Made by a program: the position numbers and the translations under genes. A stretch of 63,187 nt of DNA, the filler included, from Kipferlia bialata (lineage: Eukaryota): assembly GCA_003568945.1 (NCBI GenBank). It is 6 parts of 6 records of this genome, joined end to end, with 100 filler letters (N's around TTAATTAATTAA, not from the genome) between each part and the next. Parts side by side here need not be neighbours in the genome. Positions count along the whole stretch, not along the records: positions 52,366 to 60,311 come from BDIP01001022.1; positions 60,412 to 63,187 come from BDIP01001042.1; 4 more parts are not named here. One strand, given 5' to 3'. Below, one piece after another: positions 52,417-63,187 of this stretch. The stretch's first letter is position 1. The number at the start of each line of letters is the position of its first letter. The notes below the pieces were generated by a model, which did no database searches, had not been told where the DNA came from, and worked only from the letters and a program-made list of their open reading frames with translations.

Positions 52417-55179
52417 GTTGAGGTTGCCGACTCCCAGATGCAGCATGTCCCAGAGACATCCAGTGTCGACATACAGACAGGTGAGGGCGAGGATATTGTG
52501 TGAGATCCATCTGTTCTTCTCTCACACCTAACCCACCTCTCCCCCCTGACATCAGATGACTACAGCGAGCTGCTTCAGCGGTTCCTGGTTGACATAGACG
52601 AGACATCGGCAGACCCATCGGGAAAGGTATCAGTGTAGTGCTATGGATTCACTACATAGACTGGATGCCCACTAATACATACTATATATATCTCTGTGGT
52701 GAATCATCTGACCTTAGGTTGTGATCAGGGGCCCAGGGATGGCTGATGCTGGAGAGGCAGAGGCAGAGGGAGAGAGGCCCCCCACCCCCCCTGGTCTGCT
52801 CTCCTTCCTGTGTAAGGCAGCAGACGCCCTGGACGGTATGAGTGGGGAGGGGGACGGAAAGGCACACACCTGGGAGGTACATTCATATCAGTGTCACACA
52901 CACCAGTGTATGTATCACTGATACACAGTGTCAGGTTCCTTTCACTCATATACACATTTGTAAACCCCCTGCCTCTCACCCACAGGAGAAGAACCAGTCC
53001 GACCAGGGTGTGAGTGGGGGAGGGGATGCCATCAGACCGATGGGCACGGTGGACACCAGTCTGGGGGCAAGGTGGGTGATGTGTATAGTGTAGTGGATAG
53101 GGTATAGTGTGTTTCATGTATTCTGTTAACTCACATATTGCCTTCTGACTACGCCTGACCCTAGTGATATTGCCTACATGCCCCGCATATCCAGTGCCCT
53201 ACCCTCCGTTGTGAGGTTCAGCAGGACAGAGCCCAACCTCTTTGCCATTGGTGAGTGCAGGGTGTAGATAGGGTAGTACTGTCTACATGTATACATCACC
53301 TATCACTCTCACTCCATCTACCCCCTCCCCCCCCCACCCCCAGGCCATGCCACCCGGGGCACCAGTTCATATGTCTCCCTCCACTCCACCGCCTCCCTTA
53401 ACTCTGGCCCTGAGAGGGTCCTCCTCTGTCCGGGGTCTGTGACATCCCTCGAGTGCCCGGGCACCCAGCCGGTCATCCTGGCAGGCCTAGCCTCTGGCCA
53501 GGTGTGCAAGTGGGACACGTCGGTGCCGGGTAAGAGGCGCCCTGCCCTGTGCACCCGGCTCAGAGACATGGCGGAGTCACACGCCGCAGAGAGGATCACC
53601 ACACCCTGTGTCTGCATAGACCAGAACGTGTCGGGTAGGGTGAATATATATATATATGGTGTATATTGCCCTAACCCCCCCCCCCCCTCCGTTCCCACCC
53701 CCAGGTGACACCATCATGGCTGTGTACAAGTCAGGTGCCGTGGTGTTCTGGGACTCATCCCACTACGACGTGTTCAGAGACGAGATATCGGTACGGGCCT
53801 GATATATACGATCTCTATGTATAGTTTGCCTTCATATATCAGTCTATATAGCAACTGAGTGTCTGTGCATCATCTCCCTACCCCACCCCAGACCGACTCC
53901 CACATGGGAGTGGGTGTGGCATGCTCTGTGAGGCTGTCCTCCAAGTCACTGCTCAACAGGAGCAGTGCTTCTGTGGGTACGTGGGATCCCTCTACATATG
54001 CTCTTTGTCTGTACGAGACGACACTGTATCATCTCCGTTCATCCTTACCCCGCCTCACCCCCAGGCCCGAGCCATGTGATGTGTGCCAGTGACGTGGGCA
54101 TGGTCATGTGTGCAATGGGGGCTAGGTGGGGCTGTGTATATAGTATATACACATGTATATGGGATATATCATGATTTACTCTATATCAATTGTTACAGGT
54201 GACCTCTAACCCCCCAGTAAGCGTGCCGGCAAGGGTGCCAAGAAGACTGAGCACCCCCGGTCCCACCGTGCCCCTGTCACTGCTCTCTCTGCCTCTGGGG
54301 CTGTGGACACTGTCTCCACACATGCATCAACAGTACATGGCCACGAGGGTGAGGCACACATGGGGAGTGCGGTGGGTGGTGCCTCCTCCAGGGCCCTGGT
54401 TGCCAGCGCCTGTCTTGACGGAGAGGCCACGCTCTGGGGCATCAGGAGTGACCTTGCCGAGGGGACATACCTAGGGGGAGAGGAGGAGAGAGACACGTGG
54501 CCCGAGGGGTGGCACAGCATCAGAAGCATATCCACAGCTGACATCACAGATGCAGGAGGTGGGGTTGGATGTGGGTTTGGTGTATGTCTATGTGAGTATA
54601 TATCTGTTGTGGTGTCTAACTATCGATGTTCTGATAGTTTCTGACCCTCAGAGGACAAGATCGATGGCACCATCACGTGCTTTGCCTTTGGGCCTGTGAA
54701 CAAGGGTGTAGAGGGAGTGCCAACCGTCGTCCTGGCAGCATGTCTTGGAAACGGCACCCTGCTGCTATACAGGGTGCGGCATGTCACATAACACTATCCA
54801 TACCAATACACCCACTGTGTCTACCTCCTCTCACCCCCAGATTGATGAGGAGGACATCCACGTTGCCCCTGATGCGCTGATCGGAATGGCCCCCCTCAAG
54901 GCAGTCGCAGCATACCCCAGTGCATTCTGCGCGTACGTGTTGTGTGATATGTATCTATTATATATGCAGATACCCTCAATTAGACTCCCTAACCTCAGTC
55001 TGAACCGCACCCTGTCCTGGTCCAGTGACGGTGCCACCCTGGCCGGTATTGGTCTGGAGGGCACAGTGGTCCTGTATGCCATAGACACCAGTGCCCTAGT
55101 GCCCATGCAGACCAGTGACAATAGGGTGGAGGAGGTCAAGGAGGCAGAGGCAGAGGGAGAGGAAGAGGCTGCAGAGTAA
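52417..55179 (+). CDS. WD40 dynein intermediate chain (cytoplasmic dynein IC-like); 5'-partial
   Basis: PERVLLCPGSVTSLECPGTQPVILAGLASGQVCKWDTS and LNRTLSWSSDGATLAGIGLEGTVVLYAI..ALVP parallel DYNC1I motifs (PEYVFHCQSAV...GGTYSGQIVLWD; LNRVRW...GQIVIYDV..IAVP); N-terminal DIQTD resembles an LC8-binding site; stop TAA 55177-55179. Confidence 0.7.
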
Positions 55180-55533
55180 ACAGTGTAGAATCATATCGAT
55201 GGTGGTCTATTCGTTCAATTCCCCAATACCAGCAGCAATCCAAGACTAGTACTAGGCCTAGTAATGCCTACACCTTAACCTCGTCACTGCTATCCCTCTT
55301 GGAGTGGGGCATCCAGTGGTTGGATAACCAGCACCTAACCTACTAACCAACAATATCGGATGCACTGGCTGAACCGCCAGTGGGAGAAGGAATGAATACC
55401 ATGCTCCCTCTCTCGCAAGAAGAGCTCCGCGTTCTCTAACGATGGCTGTGAAGACAGATCACCAGCAAGCGAGCAGTACCGTAAGTAACGGACCACTCAT
55501 GCTATGACGTGCTCTTGACCTGTAAGTCTATAC

Positions 55534-57951
55534 CTACAGACTGACCCTCCTAGCCATAATGAGTCCACTCTGCAGGCCTATCAGCACATAAGTGTCCCTG
55601 GCCAGCCCTGCCACTCTCCTCCCTGCTCTATCATCCACACAGACCATGCACCTCACCCCATGCCTCTCACTCACACGCTCAAGAGCAGCCTCCCCACGCT
55701 TCGGCTTGTCCTTGCCTTCCCTAAGAGGTCAGTATCAGTATCGGATGAGAGGGAGAGAGGATGCTAGACAAACAAATGCATATATATACAATACACATTC
55801 GCCCTCACCTAGCCGATGTCAGCATGTACCCAGCTGTGGGGTATAGGTCCAGGGTGACCCCCACCTCCTGCCCTGTGGTGTCTAGGTTGGACCTCACAGC
55901 CAGGGAACGCACACCCCGGGAGAGCTGAGGGGGTTAGGAGACAAATAGCGGTAAAAGTGGAAGAGAATGCATATTTGGTGATAGTTGCAGAGGCAGAGAG
56001 AGTGCGTAGATGTAGCGAATGTAACACCACAACCAGACCCACCTTGATGGGGTTCCTCTGTCTGTCTGAGCTGGCCGACCACTTGTCCTCCTCGTCAGAG
56101 TATGCCATGACATACACACACCCCTGGGTGCCACCGATACAGGTGAGGTTCCCACCCTGGGGGGAGAGGGGGGGAGGTGGGTACACACTATGATGCAAAA
56201 ACGTAATTATGGATGAGACAGCAATCACAGGACACACACACGCACCCTCCCGTCTGGCACTGAGCACATTGAGGCCACGCCCTGTCCCGTCCCTGTCAGC
56301 CACTCTGTCATCTGGGCATTTCTGAAGCCAGAGGCGCCTCCCTCCATAGCTACATCGTCCTCCTCAGCCTCGGGCTCAGAGGCAACGGGAGGGGGAGGGG
56401 GGAGGGCGTTGTCCTCGGGCACACCCTCTAAGGCAATACTAGCACGGTCCATACCCACAGGCACCACGGGTACAGGGGCATCTGGCATGCACTGCCTGAA
56501 CTCCTCACCCCCTGCCAGGGTGGAGGCCATGACAGACCCGGCGTCCATGCCTAGGGTCAAGGGGGGGGGGGGCAGACACAATAGACTAGTATACACACAT
56601 ACACACCCACCTACTATGAAGTGGTCCCCCACCACCAGTGCCTGGGTGGGCCTCTGCCCTATGCTGCTGAACCCTAGCACCTGCGGGTGGTCCACCCTGC
56701 CCACCATGATGTTGGTCACAAAGCCTATCCTAGGCACAGAGCAGGGGGTGGGCGTGTCTGGGTGGGTGTCTGGCGCCAAGAGGGAGAGAGAGGATATGGG
56801 CCCGGCGCTCATAGAGTCGGCATAGCAAGGGAGGGGGAAGGGGAGGGGGGCAGGGGGGGAGGGGCCTGCCACTCTCTCCAGCATCTCTGACACATACGAG
56901 TAGGAGAGGGGGTACACCATGAGGTACCCATGCAGGGTACCGATACCCACCCACACACATGGGTCGGATGGGTCCACCTCAGTGGCCTCACCCCCGTCCC
57001 CTCCCATGGCCACATCCCCTGTGCCCTGCTGAGGGTACTCCCCAGCAGACCCAGACTCACTATCCTCAATGTCTAGTACCTTCTCCTCCTCATGTCTGTG
57101 CCTGCGTTCCTGCTTAGCAGCCACACCTACTGGGAATGCCCCCTCCATAGTAAGAGCAGTCACCCTATCACTGTCGGGTACGGGGTGCAGGGCTATGCCA
57201 CCCTCTCTGTCGAGGGGCTCTCCATCTCCCTCCCACCTCGGCTCCAGTGAGAGCAGGCACCCCTGCCCCTGGTCTGCCACTGTCACTAGCATGTCCTGGG
57301 TAGATAGGGGGGTGGGGGCAGAGGGGGGGAGGCCGGCGGAGGGGGCGGAGGGGGCGTGGGAGGCGGTGTCTGGGATGGCCCAAACCCTGGTGTCACCGGA
57401 GGCAAAGGAGCATGCTACAACAGTGCACGCCAGGCCTGGGGGTAGAGAATATAACAGGGAGAGGAGGTGTATGTATAGGTAGTAGGTGCATGGACGTACT
57501 GGGGACGTATACACTCTGCCCCCCGTTGGGTATGGCAGGTCCGTATACATGGGGCCTGTCAGCTTGGAGGGTGAGGTCACCCTTGGACAGACACATGGAC
57601 AGGCCCTGGGTCAGAGAGGAATGTGAGAGTGGGAGAGAGAGAGAGAGGTTGCACCTGTACGGAGCAAGGGGTCACGACAGGGGGGGCCACGGGGGGAGGG
57701 GGTACAAAGGGCAAGGCGAGAGAGGCAGAGGGAGAACCAGAGAAGTGGAGCACAGACTGGGGTCGGTAAGGGAGAGAGAGAGAGAGTAACTAGTGGTTTC
57801 ATACATCAACAGGTGTTCTGTGTACACCCACCTTGTCCTCTCTCTTCCTACCCCCAGGCTGTCCGGGCCTCACTACGCAGAGAGAGCCGGAGGGGCGGCC
57901 TGTGTACACACAGCTGAGGGCCTGGGTTCAGATCGGATAGTGGCATTGGAT

Positions 57952-57998
<47 letters not shown>

Positions 57999-58558
57999 TA
58001 CCTATATATACTAGACAAAATATACGAATGTACACTACTGCACGTCCCATACCTGAGCAGGGCCTTGAACTCTCTGAGGCCAGATGCAATCTGGGGGTGA
58101 GGAAGACATACTCGATACGATACAATGAGTGAATGAATACTCCACAGATTGAGAGAGAACCAATATTGATAGCACAACATACCTTATACCACCTCTATAC
58201 TCACTCTAAGTATGATATACGTGAAGGTAAACCCAATCCATACACCAATGACCTTACAGAGTATCTAGAGTATTGGAGAGAGATTAACATTAATATGCAC
58301 GAGAACAACACAGTACGTATACCACATATTCCACCCCACATACCCTGGTTCAGTGCTCATTCAATGCATAGTGAATAGATAGATGTATCCACCGACATGC
58401 AATCCATACACTTATCCGTAGTGCATTATATACATTTTACGTGCTGCACTACATACCTGAGCCCTAGCACTGCTCAGCACAGCCATGTTGCATGGCTTGG
58501 GTATGTCAGACAAGGATACAGTGGACATGTGGGTACAAGATGATATGTTAGAAGACAT
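55534..58558 (-). CDS. WD40-like beta-propeller protein, possibly TFIIIC subunit GTF3C2/Tfc6-like
   Basis: Probable ATG 58558, long exon ~56270-57435, terminal exon ...YVLIGLQSGLIMARRVSL* (TAG 55534-55536). VACSFASGDTRVWAIP and VGIGTLHGYLMVYPL...PCYADSMSAGPISSL recall GTF3C2; the identity is tentative. Confidence 0.55.
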
Positions 58559-58999
58559 TGCAACCACACTGATGCACTCAAATTGAGAGCCAACCCTTTT
58601 GTGTTTTTGGATTCATTGGGTGGATCTAATAATAGGTCTGCTGAGACGAACCATTATTAACATGTTATACTAGCGCTAGCTAGTAGTCAGGCAGTATAGC
58701 TAGTGGTACCCAAGACACCACCAAGACAAATCAATACATCTATTCAAAACTCTCAGGTAACACCAAAATACAAAGCGGTGTCACCTCTATCGGGATATAT
58801 CTGTCAAACCATTGGGAAGAGTCAGAGCGTGTTCATATACTCCCTTTCTCTCTCCCCCCGTCATTTCTCTCCGTTACCACTCCAATAGGGTGTACACGAA
58901 GCGACCAGTCACTACACTGTCTGATCACGCGGTGTATCATGCAAATACACATATGCATCCCATGGATATGGTCTATGTCTCATGCCTCTGGCCCACCCT

Positions 59000-60259
59000 C
59001 TATGGCTTCAGTTCGTATGCCTTGACATAGTCAAAGCCTGGGGGGAGATATGAGATATATGATATACTATATATACGATATAACTATGAACGTGGTGTGA
59101 CATAGTCAAAGCCTGGGGTGAGAGATCAGAGCATATGGGATATACCATATATACCAGACACATATATGTATGTCAACATCTATCGTACCCTTTGCCACCA
59201 CTGTCTTCTCCACGGGTGTGTGCTTGCCCTCCAGCATGATGTGGCCCTGCACGTACTGAGAGTGAGTGAATGTATATACAAATAGTATACATATAAATAT
59301 TATACATATAAGATATTGTTACATGATGTGGCCCTGCACATACTGAGGGTTAGTAAATGTAGAGAATAAGAGGCAGATATACAATATGTATGTATACACC
59401 ATGCACTCACGTTGAATGCTGCCTCTGAGCACAGCACCCTCTCCGGTGTGCACTGGCCCTCCAGTCTAGAGGCCAGGTTGACAGCATCGCCCCAGTAGTC
59501 AACGCCTAGGGGTTAGAAGGATATCCACATACAATAATGATACATATACCACACCCCATGCATACCTAGCGCCACCGACCCAATGACCCCCGACTGAAGA
59601 TATATAACTATATATATATACATACATATATATACCATAACACATTACGCACCTAGCGCCACCGACCCAATGACCCCTGACACTGCCTCTCCACAGTCAA
59701 TGCCTATCCGGACACGCAGGGGGAACCGCATCTCCCTCAGGGTGGTCTGGAGCTCAAGGGCAAGCTTCACTGGGGTGAGGGGATGTACATCTATACACTG
59801 CAACTAATGAACATGAATTGCATATACATACGTATCTACATACCCATGCTGAGTGCCCCCTGGCAGTGTGTGGACACCAGCATGACACCGTCTCCCAGGG
59901 ACTTGGCCAGCTTGATCCTGTCCCCACAGAGGAGGAACACTGCACGGTTGAACCTAATGTGAGAGACAAGTTGCTGCTGATTTACTAGGCCTTGTATGAC
60001 CACATTATCCATACCTATGGAGTGTCTGCACCATCTCCTGGCTGGACACCCTTGTGCACCAGGTGGTGAAGTCAACAATGTCTGCAAACAGGATGGTCAT
60101 GTCGTTGTATTCACGCATCCTAGGGGTGAGGGGGGGGGGGGTGATGTAAGAGTCAGATCACCTATGAATATGTTCTAATACTACATACCTCAGCGTTGAT
60201 CCATCCTCCATGGTGAACCGCATCATCTCACCCACAGAGTGACCGGCAGAACCTCTGTG
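59000..60259 (-). CDS. Class III adenylyl cyclase catalytic domain, C-terminal part; 5'-partial
   Basis: Exons give TILFADIVDFTTWC...KLAKSLGDGVML...RVRIGIDCGEAVSGVIGSVALGVDYWGDAVNLASRLEG...AKGFDYVKAYELKP*. Both metal-binding Asp, the adenine-specifying Lys/Asp and the catalytic Asn/Arg are present. Confidence 0.9.
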
Positions 60260-60311
60260 CTGGGGGGTCAGAGGGGGGGGGGGGGGGGGGGGGGCGGGGG
60301 TATGGAAATAG

Positions 60312-60411
60312 NNNNNNNNNNNNNNNNNNNNNNNNNNNNNNNNNNNNNNNNNNNNTTAATTAATTAANNNNNNNNNNNNNNNNNNNNNNNNNNNNNNNNN
60401 NNNNNNNNNNN
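60312..60411. other. Artificial contig linker
   Basis: Same N/TTAATTAATTAA/N structure. Confidence 0.98.
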
Positions 60412-60461
<50 letters not shown>

Positions 60462-60573
60462 GGGAGCAGGATACAGAAGAGACTTGTGTCTCAGAACAAC
60501 ACTCGAGAGGAATCCCAAGACACAGCACAATGACCACCAAGAATGTCACCACACATAACCGTGGTAGATGTAC

Positions 60574-60994
60574 CTTGGTGGTGTATATGTCAATCTGCCG
60601 AGGGATCATGCACTCGTGCCCTACAATCTGTGAGTGAGTGAACAGACAGTCTGGCCACTGGACATACACAGTGAGGGAACAACGAATATCAGAGTCATTG
60701 AGGAACCAGCCCAAGAGGCAGCCGCTGCCCATACCTCCAGGGTCTCGACCCTGGCCACCCCCTCGGCCACCCTCAGGATGATCTCCTGGGGGTAGTCGCA
60801 GTTCTCTGCAGACCGCCAGCCTGGTGTCAGCCACATCACGTATATACACCAACTCCTGTGTAGGAACTAGCGACAGGTATACTCGTGGGTCCACTCTTAC
60901 CATGTGACCGAGGGTCGCCAGAGAGCATGTTCTCCCCAGGGAACTCCTCACATGTGGTGCTCGCATCAAGAAACTCGACTGCTAGACTGCCCAT
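60574..60994 (-). CDS. CEP104: Centrosomal protein 104-like, N-terminal jelly-roll domain; 3'-partial
   Basis: ATG 60994; three exons give MGSLAVEFLDASTTCEEFPGENMLSGDPRSHGWRSAENCDYPQEIILRVAEGVARVETLEIVGHECMIPRQIDIYTTK, matching the CEP104 pattern GWRSxxxCxFPQEIVL...L.LLAHQYMIxxKIEFY. Confidence 0.8.
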
Positions 60995-61254
60995 CGTGAG
61001 CGTGCCCGTCCACTTATGCGGCGAATTGTAAACACCCCACTGACAAGCACCACCAGGCTAAGTGCAAATACTGGAAGTGAGAGGGACAGAGTCTGGCGGA
61101 CAGAGAAGAGCACTGCGAAAAGGGTTTAGAATGTTTTTGCGAGGGTTTTGCAGAGTACATAAGTGGTAGCTGTGGATGGAGACCTCTCTCTCTCTGAAAG
61201 CAACGGGGAAGGACATCACATATATAGGTGACAGTGACTTGAGTTGGGCTCACG
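60995..61254. promoter_or_regulatory. Putative bidirectional promoter between CEP104-like and TBC1D5-like genes
   Basis: 260 bp between divergent predicted start codons. Confidence 0.55.
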
Positions 61255-63117
61255 ATGGACCTGACGCATTCAGATGTGCCATTGGGGCTAGGGTCCGTCC
61301 CGACACTTGACATGGATAGATTGGCGAGACTTGCAGTTAGCAAGGTGGGTATTGTGTTAACGCTTGGCAGGAAGCTGAGAGGACAGTTGGTTTGATATAT
61401 TAGTGGGTCACCCAGACGGGTATTTGAGGAGAGAAGATGCCACAGGCATCCGATCTATATACTAGATTGGTCAGAATCGGTATTCGTGTTTGGCCTCACT
61501 CTAATTGACATACAGGGCATACCATCTTATCCCATCCGCTCTCTCTGTTGGAGGGTGTGGTTGGGTGTGCTTCCGTCCTCTGGCTCTATGGCAACGTGGT
61601 TGGAGCAGACAGGGTGGGTATATCTGGTGGCTTCGGTGGCAGTATCAGTATATTGTTGAACTGAGTCACTGGGGTTTTCGTGTATTACCATGGCAGTCCA
61701 GTGTCGGGTCTCTGTTTCTCTCCCCCCTCTTCCGAGTCTTATGCTCACCATAGGAGTGATAGGGCCGAGTATCGCAGATCAGTGCAATACTTGGAGGTCA
61801 GTTCTGACAATACCACTCTACGTATGCATGGATATCACTATATATCACTATGTACATCTCCCGTTGTCTGTTTCATTGAGTGTAGTTGGAGGAATCTTTT
61901 CCACTGTTACAATATTTCCAATACACAAAGAAAGCCCTCTGACATCAGACAATGGACAACATTGTGCGTCACAGCACACACTCTGACCCCGAAGAGAACC
62001 AGGAGGTATAAGGCATCAGACATAGTGACTGGAAGGGTTAGCCGTGTGTGTGGTGGAGGTCCTAACAGTATTGGTGTCATCTCAGGTCGTGTGTATATAT
62101 TGTCTTTCACTCTTATAACTCCCAGGATCTCTTTCTTGAGCGTGCTGGTATATCTGTAGGTGCAGACGTGCCCAGTGTGACCACGGATGTGAGTGACCAT
62201 GCCACCGACACCGACACTGACCCCCTGGGTGCTGCCAGCGGCGATGAGGGTGCAGGGGATGAGAGTGACGGGGTGCCCATCGACAACCCCCTCAGCGATG
62301 CAGAGGACAGTGCATTCAAGGCGGCATATGAACTGCAGAAGGTGAGCCAGACTGATCCCACTCCCCGTGTTCCATTTTCCACCCCTGTACTGACTGTTCA
62401 GCTCAAGGACCTCATCCAGAGGGACCTCGACAGGGTGTTCAGGACCAACGGGTTCTTCAGTATGGCAACCACACAGGTGCGGGACCAGGCTTGGGACTGT
62501 CATTGTGTTGCTCTCTCTCTCTCTGACCTCCAGAAGGCCCTGTCCAACATCCTGACCATCGTGTGCTCATCTCCCGAGATGGAGGAACTCAGCTACAGAC
62601 AGGTGGGCGCCAGCATTCTACCATTGTCGCCTCTTATAGTGGTCTCTCACCCCAGGGCATGCATGAGGTGTGTGCTGTTGTGTACCACGCACTCACAAGG
62701 GCGGCCATGGCGTGTGAAAGGGTCCGGACCCTGTCTGTTCCCGAGCCATCTCCCCCGACCTCCTCCGCCAGTGGGTATCCGTCCCTCTCGCCAACTCCTC
62801 TCAAGGTACGCCGTGGTCTCTGCATGCCAGAGCCTGACTTCTCTTCCTCTCTCACTCTAGGCTGGCTTCACCAGGCGAGGCGACCCCCTTGAGGCAGGCC
62901 TTCTCTCCCTCTGTGACCTTGAGGAGGTCGAGGCAGACACGTGCGCCATCCTCAGGAAGCTGCTAGGATACATAGGTACGTCGCTCTGTTTTGTCTTCTT
63001 GTATATGTTTATCGGTTATTGTTCGTTCTGCTCTCCGCTTTGTTGTGCAGTCTCTGATTCACAGGCGGATGGTACAAGAGTGACACTGGGCCCACCAAGC
63101 AGATCCCACAAGTGCAG
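61255..63117 (+). CDS. TBC1D5: TBC-domain Rab GTPase-activating protein, TBC1D5-like; 3'-partial
   Basis: ATG 61255; GIPSYPIRSLCWRVWLGVLP, DNPLSDAEDSAF, LIQRDLDRVF (IxxDxxR arginine finger), SYRQ/GMHEVCA (YxQ glutamine finger). Confidence 0.8.
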
Positions 63118-63136
63118 GTCAGTAGAGTGGTACACT

Positions 63137-63169
<33 letters not shown>

Positions 63170-63187
63170 ACGTAAGCCCCCCCCCCC

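Noticed and set aside
57952..57997. Long poly-G tracts (also 60412-60460, poly-C 52370-52404 and 63138-63169) as G-quadruplex or poly-Gly/Pro coding elements
   Set aside because: Intronic homopolymers, mostly at contig ends; lengths are unreliable and no function can be supported.
60364..60969. 201-aa minus-strand ORF as a single-exon protein
   Set aside because: It reads through introns, mostly in the wrong frame; the spliced frame gives a clear CEP104 N-terminus.
1..63187. Transposase, reverse transcriptase, tRNA or rRNA genes
   Set aside because: None recognisable by eye; no enzyme that could explain the echoes is evident in this window.

Overview
Eukaryotic, very intron-rich protist DNA. 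The window is six unrelated contigs joined by artificial N-TTAATTAATTAA-N linkers (1-13017, 13118-26106, 26207-39186, 39287-52265, 52366-60311, 60412-63187), so gene order across linkers means nothing. The (TA)n/(GA)n-rich GT-AG introns, branch point next to the 3' AG, and ERERE-rich proteins resemble a free-living fornicate such as Kipferlia (inference only). Manual splicing gives about 12 genes: an E/R/K-rich helical protein, two tandem MORN-repeat genes, a full-size ABCD transporter, a divergent RasGAP-like protein, two class III nucleotide cyclases, PI4-kinase alpha, a dynein intermediate chain, a WD40 protein (TFIIIC-like), CEP104 and a TBC1D5-like RabGAP. The main unexplained structure is intronic arrays of half-exon copies ('echoes'). 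Copies of acceptor plus exon 5' part stack upstream of real exons, and copies of exon 3' part plus donor stack downstream. They are fused to microsatellites, are ordered by divergence in the arrays examined, and differ from the live exon almost only at synonymous positions, although most cannot be spliced as normal exons. Exon boundaries were read by eye and may be off by a few nucleotides.
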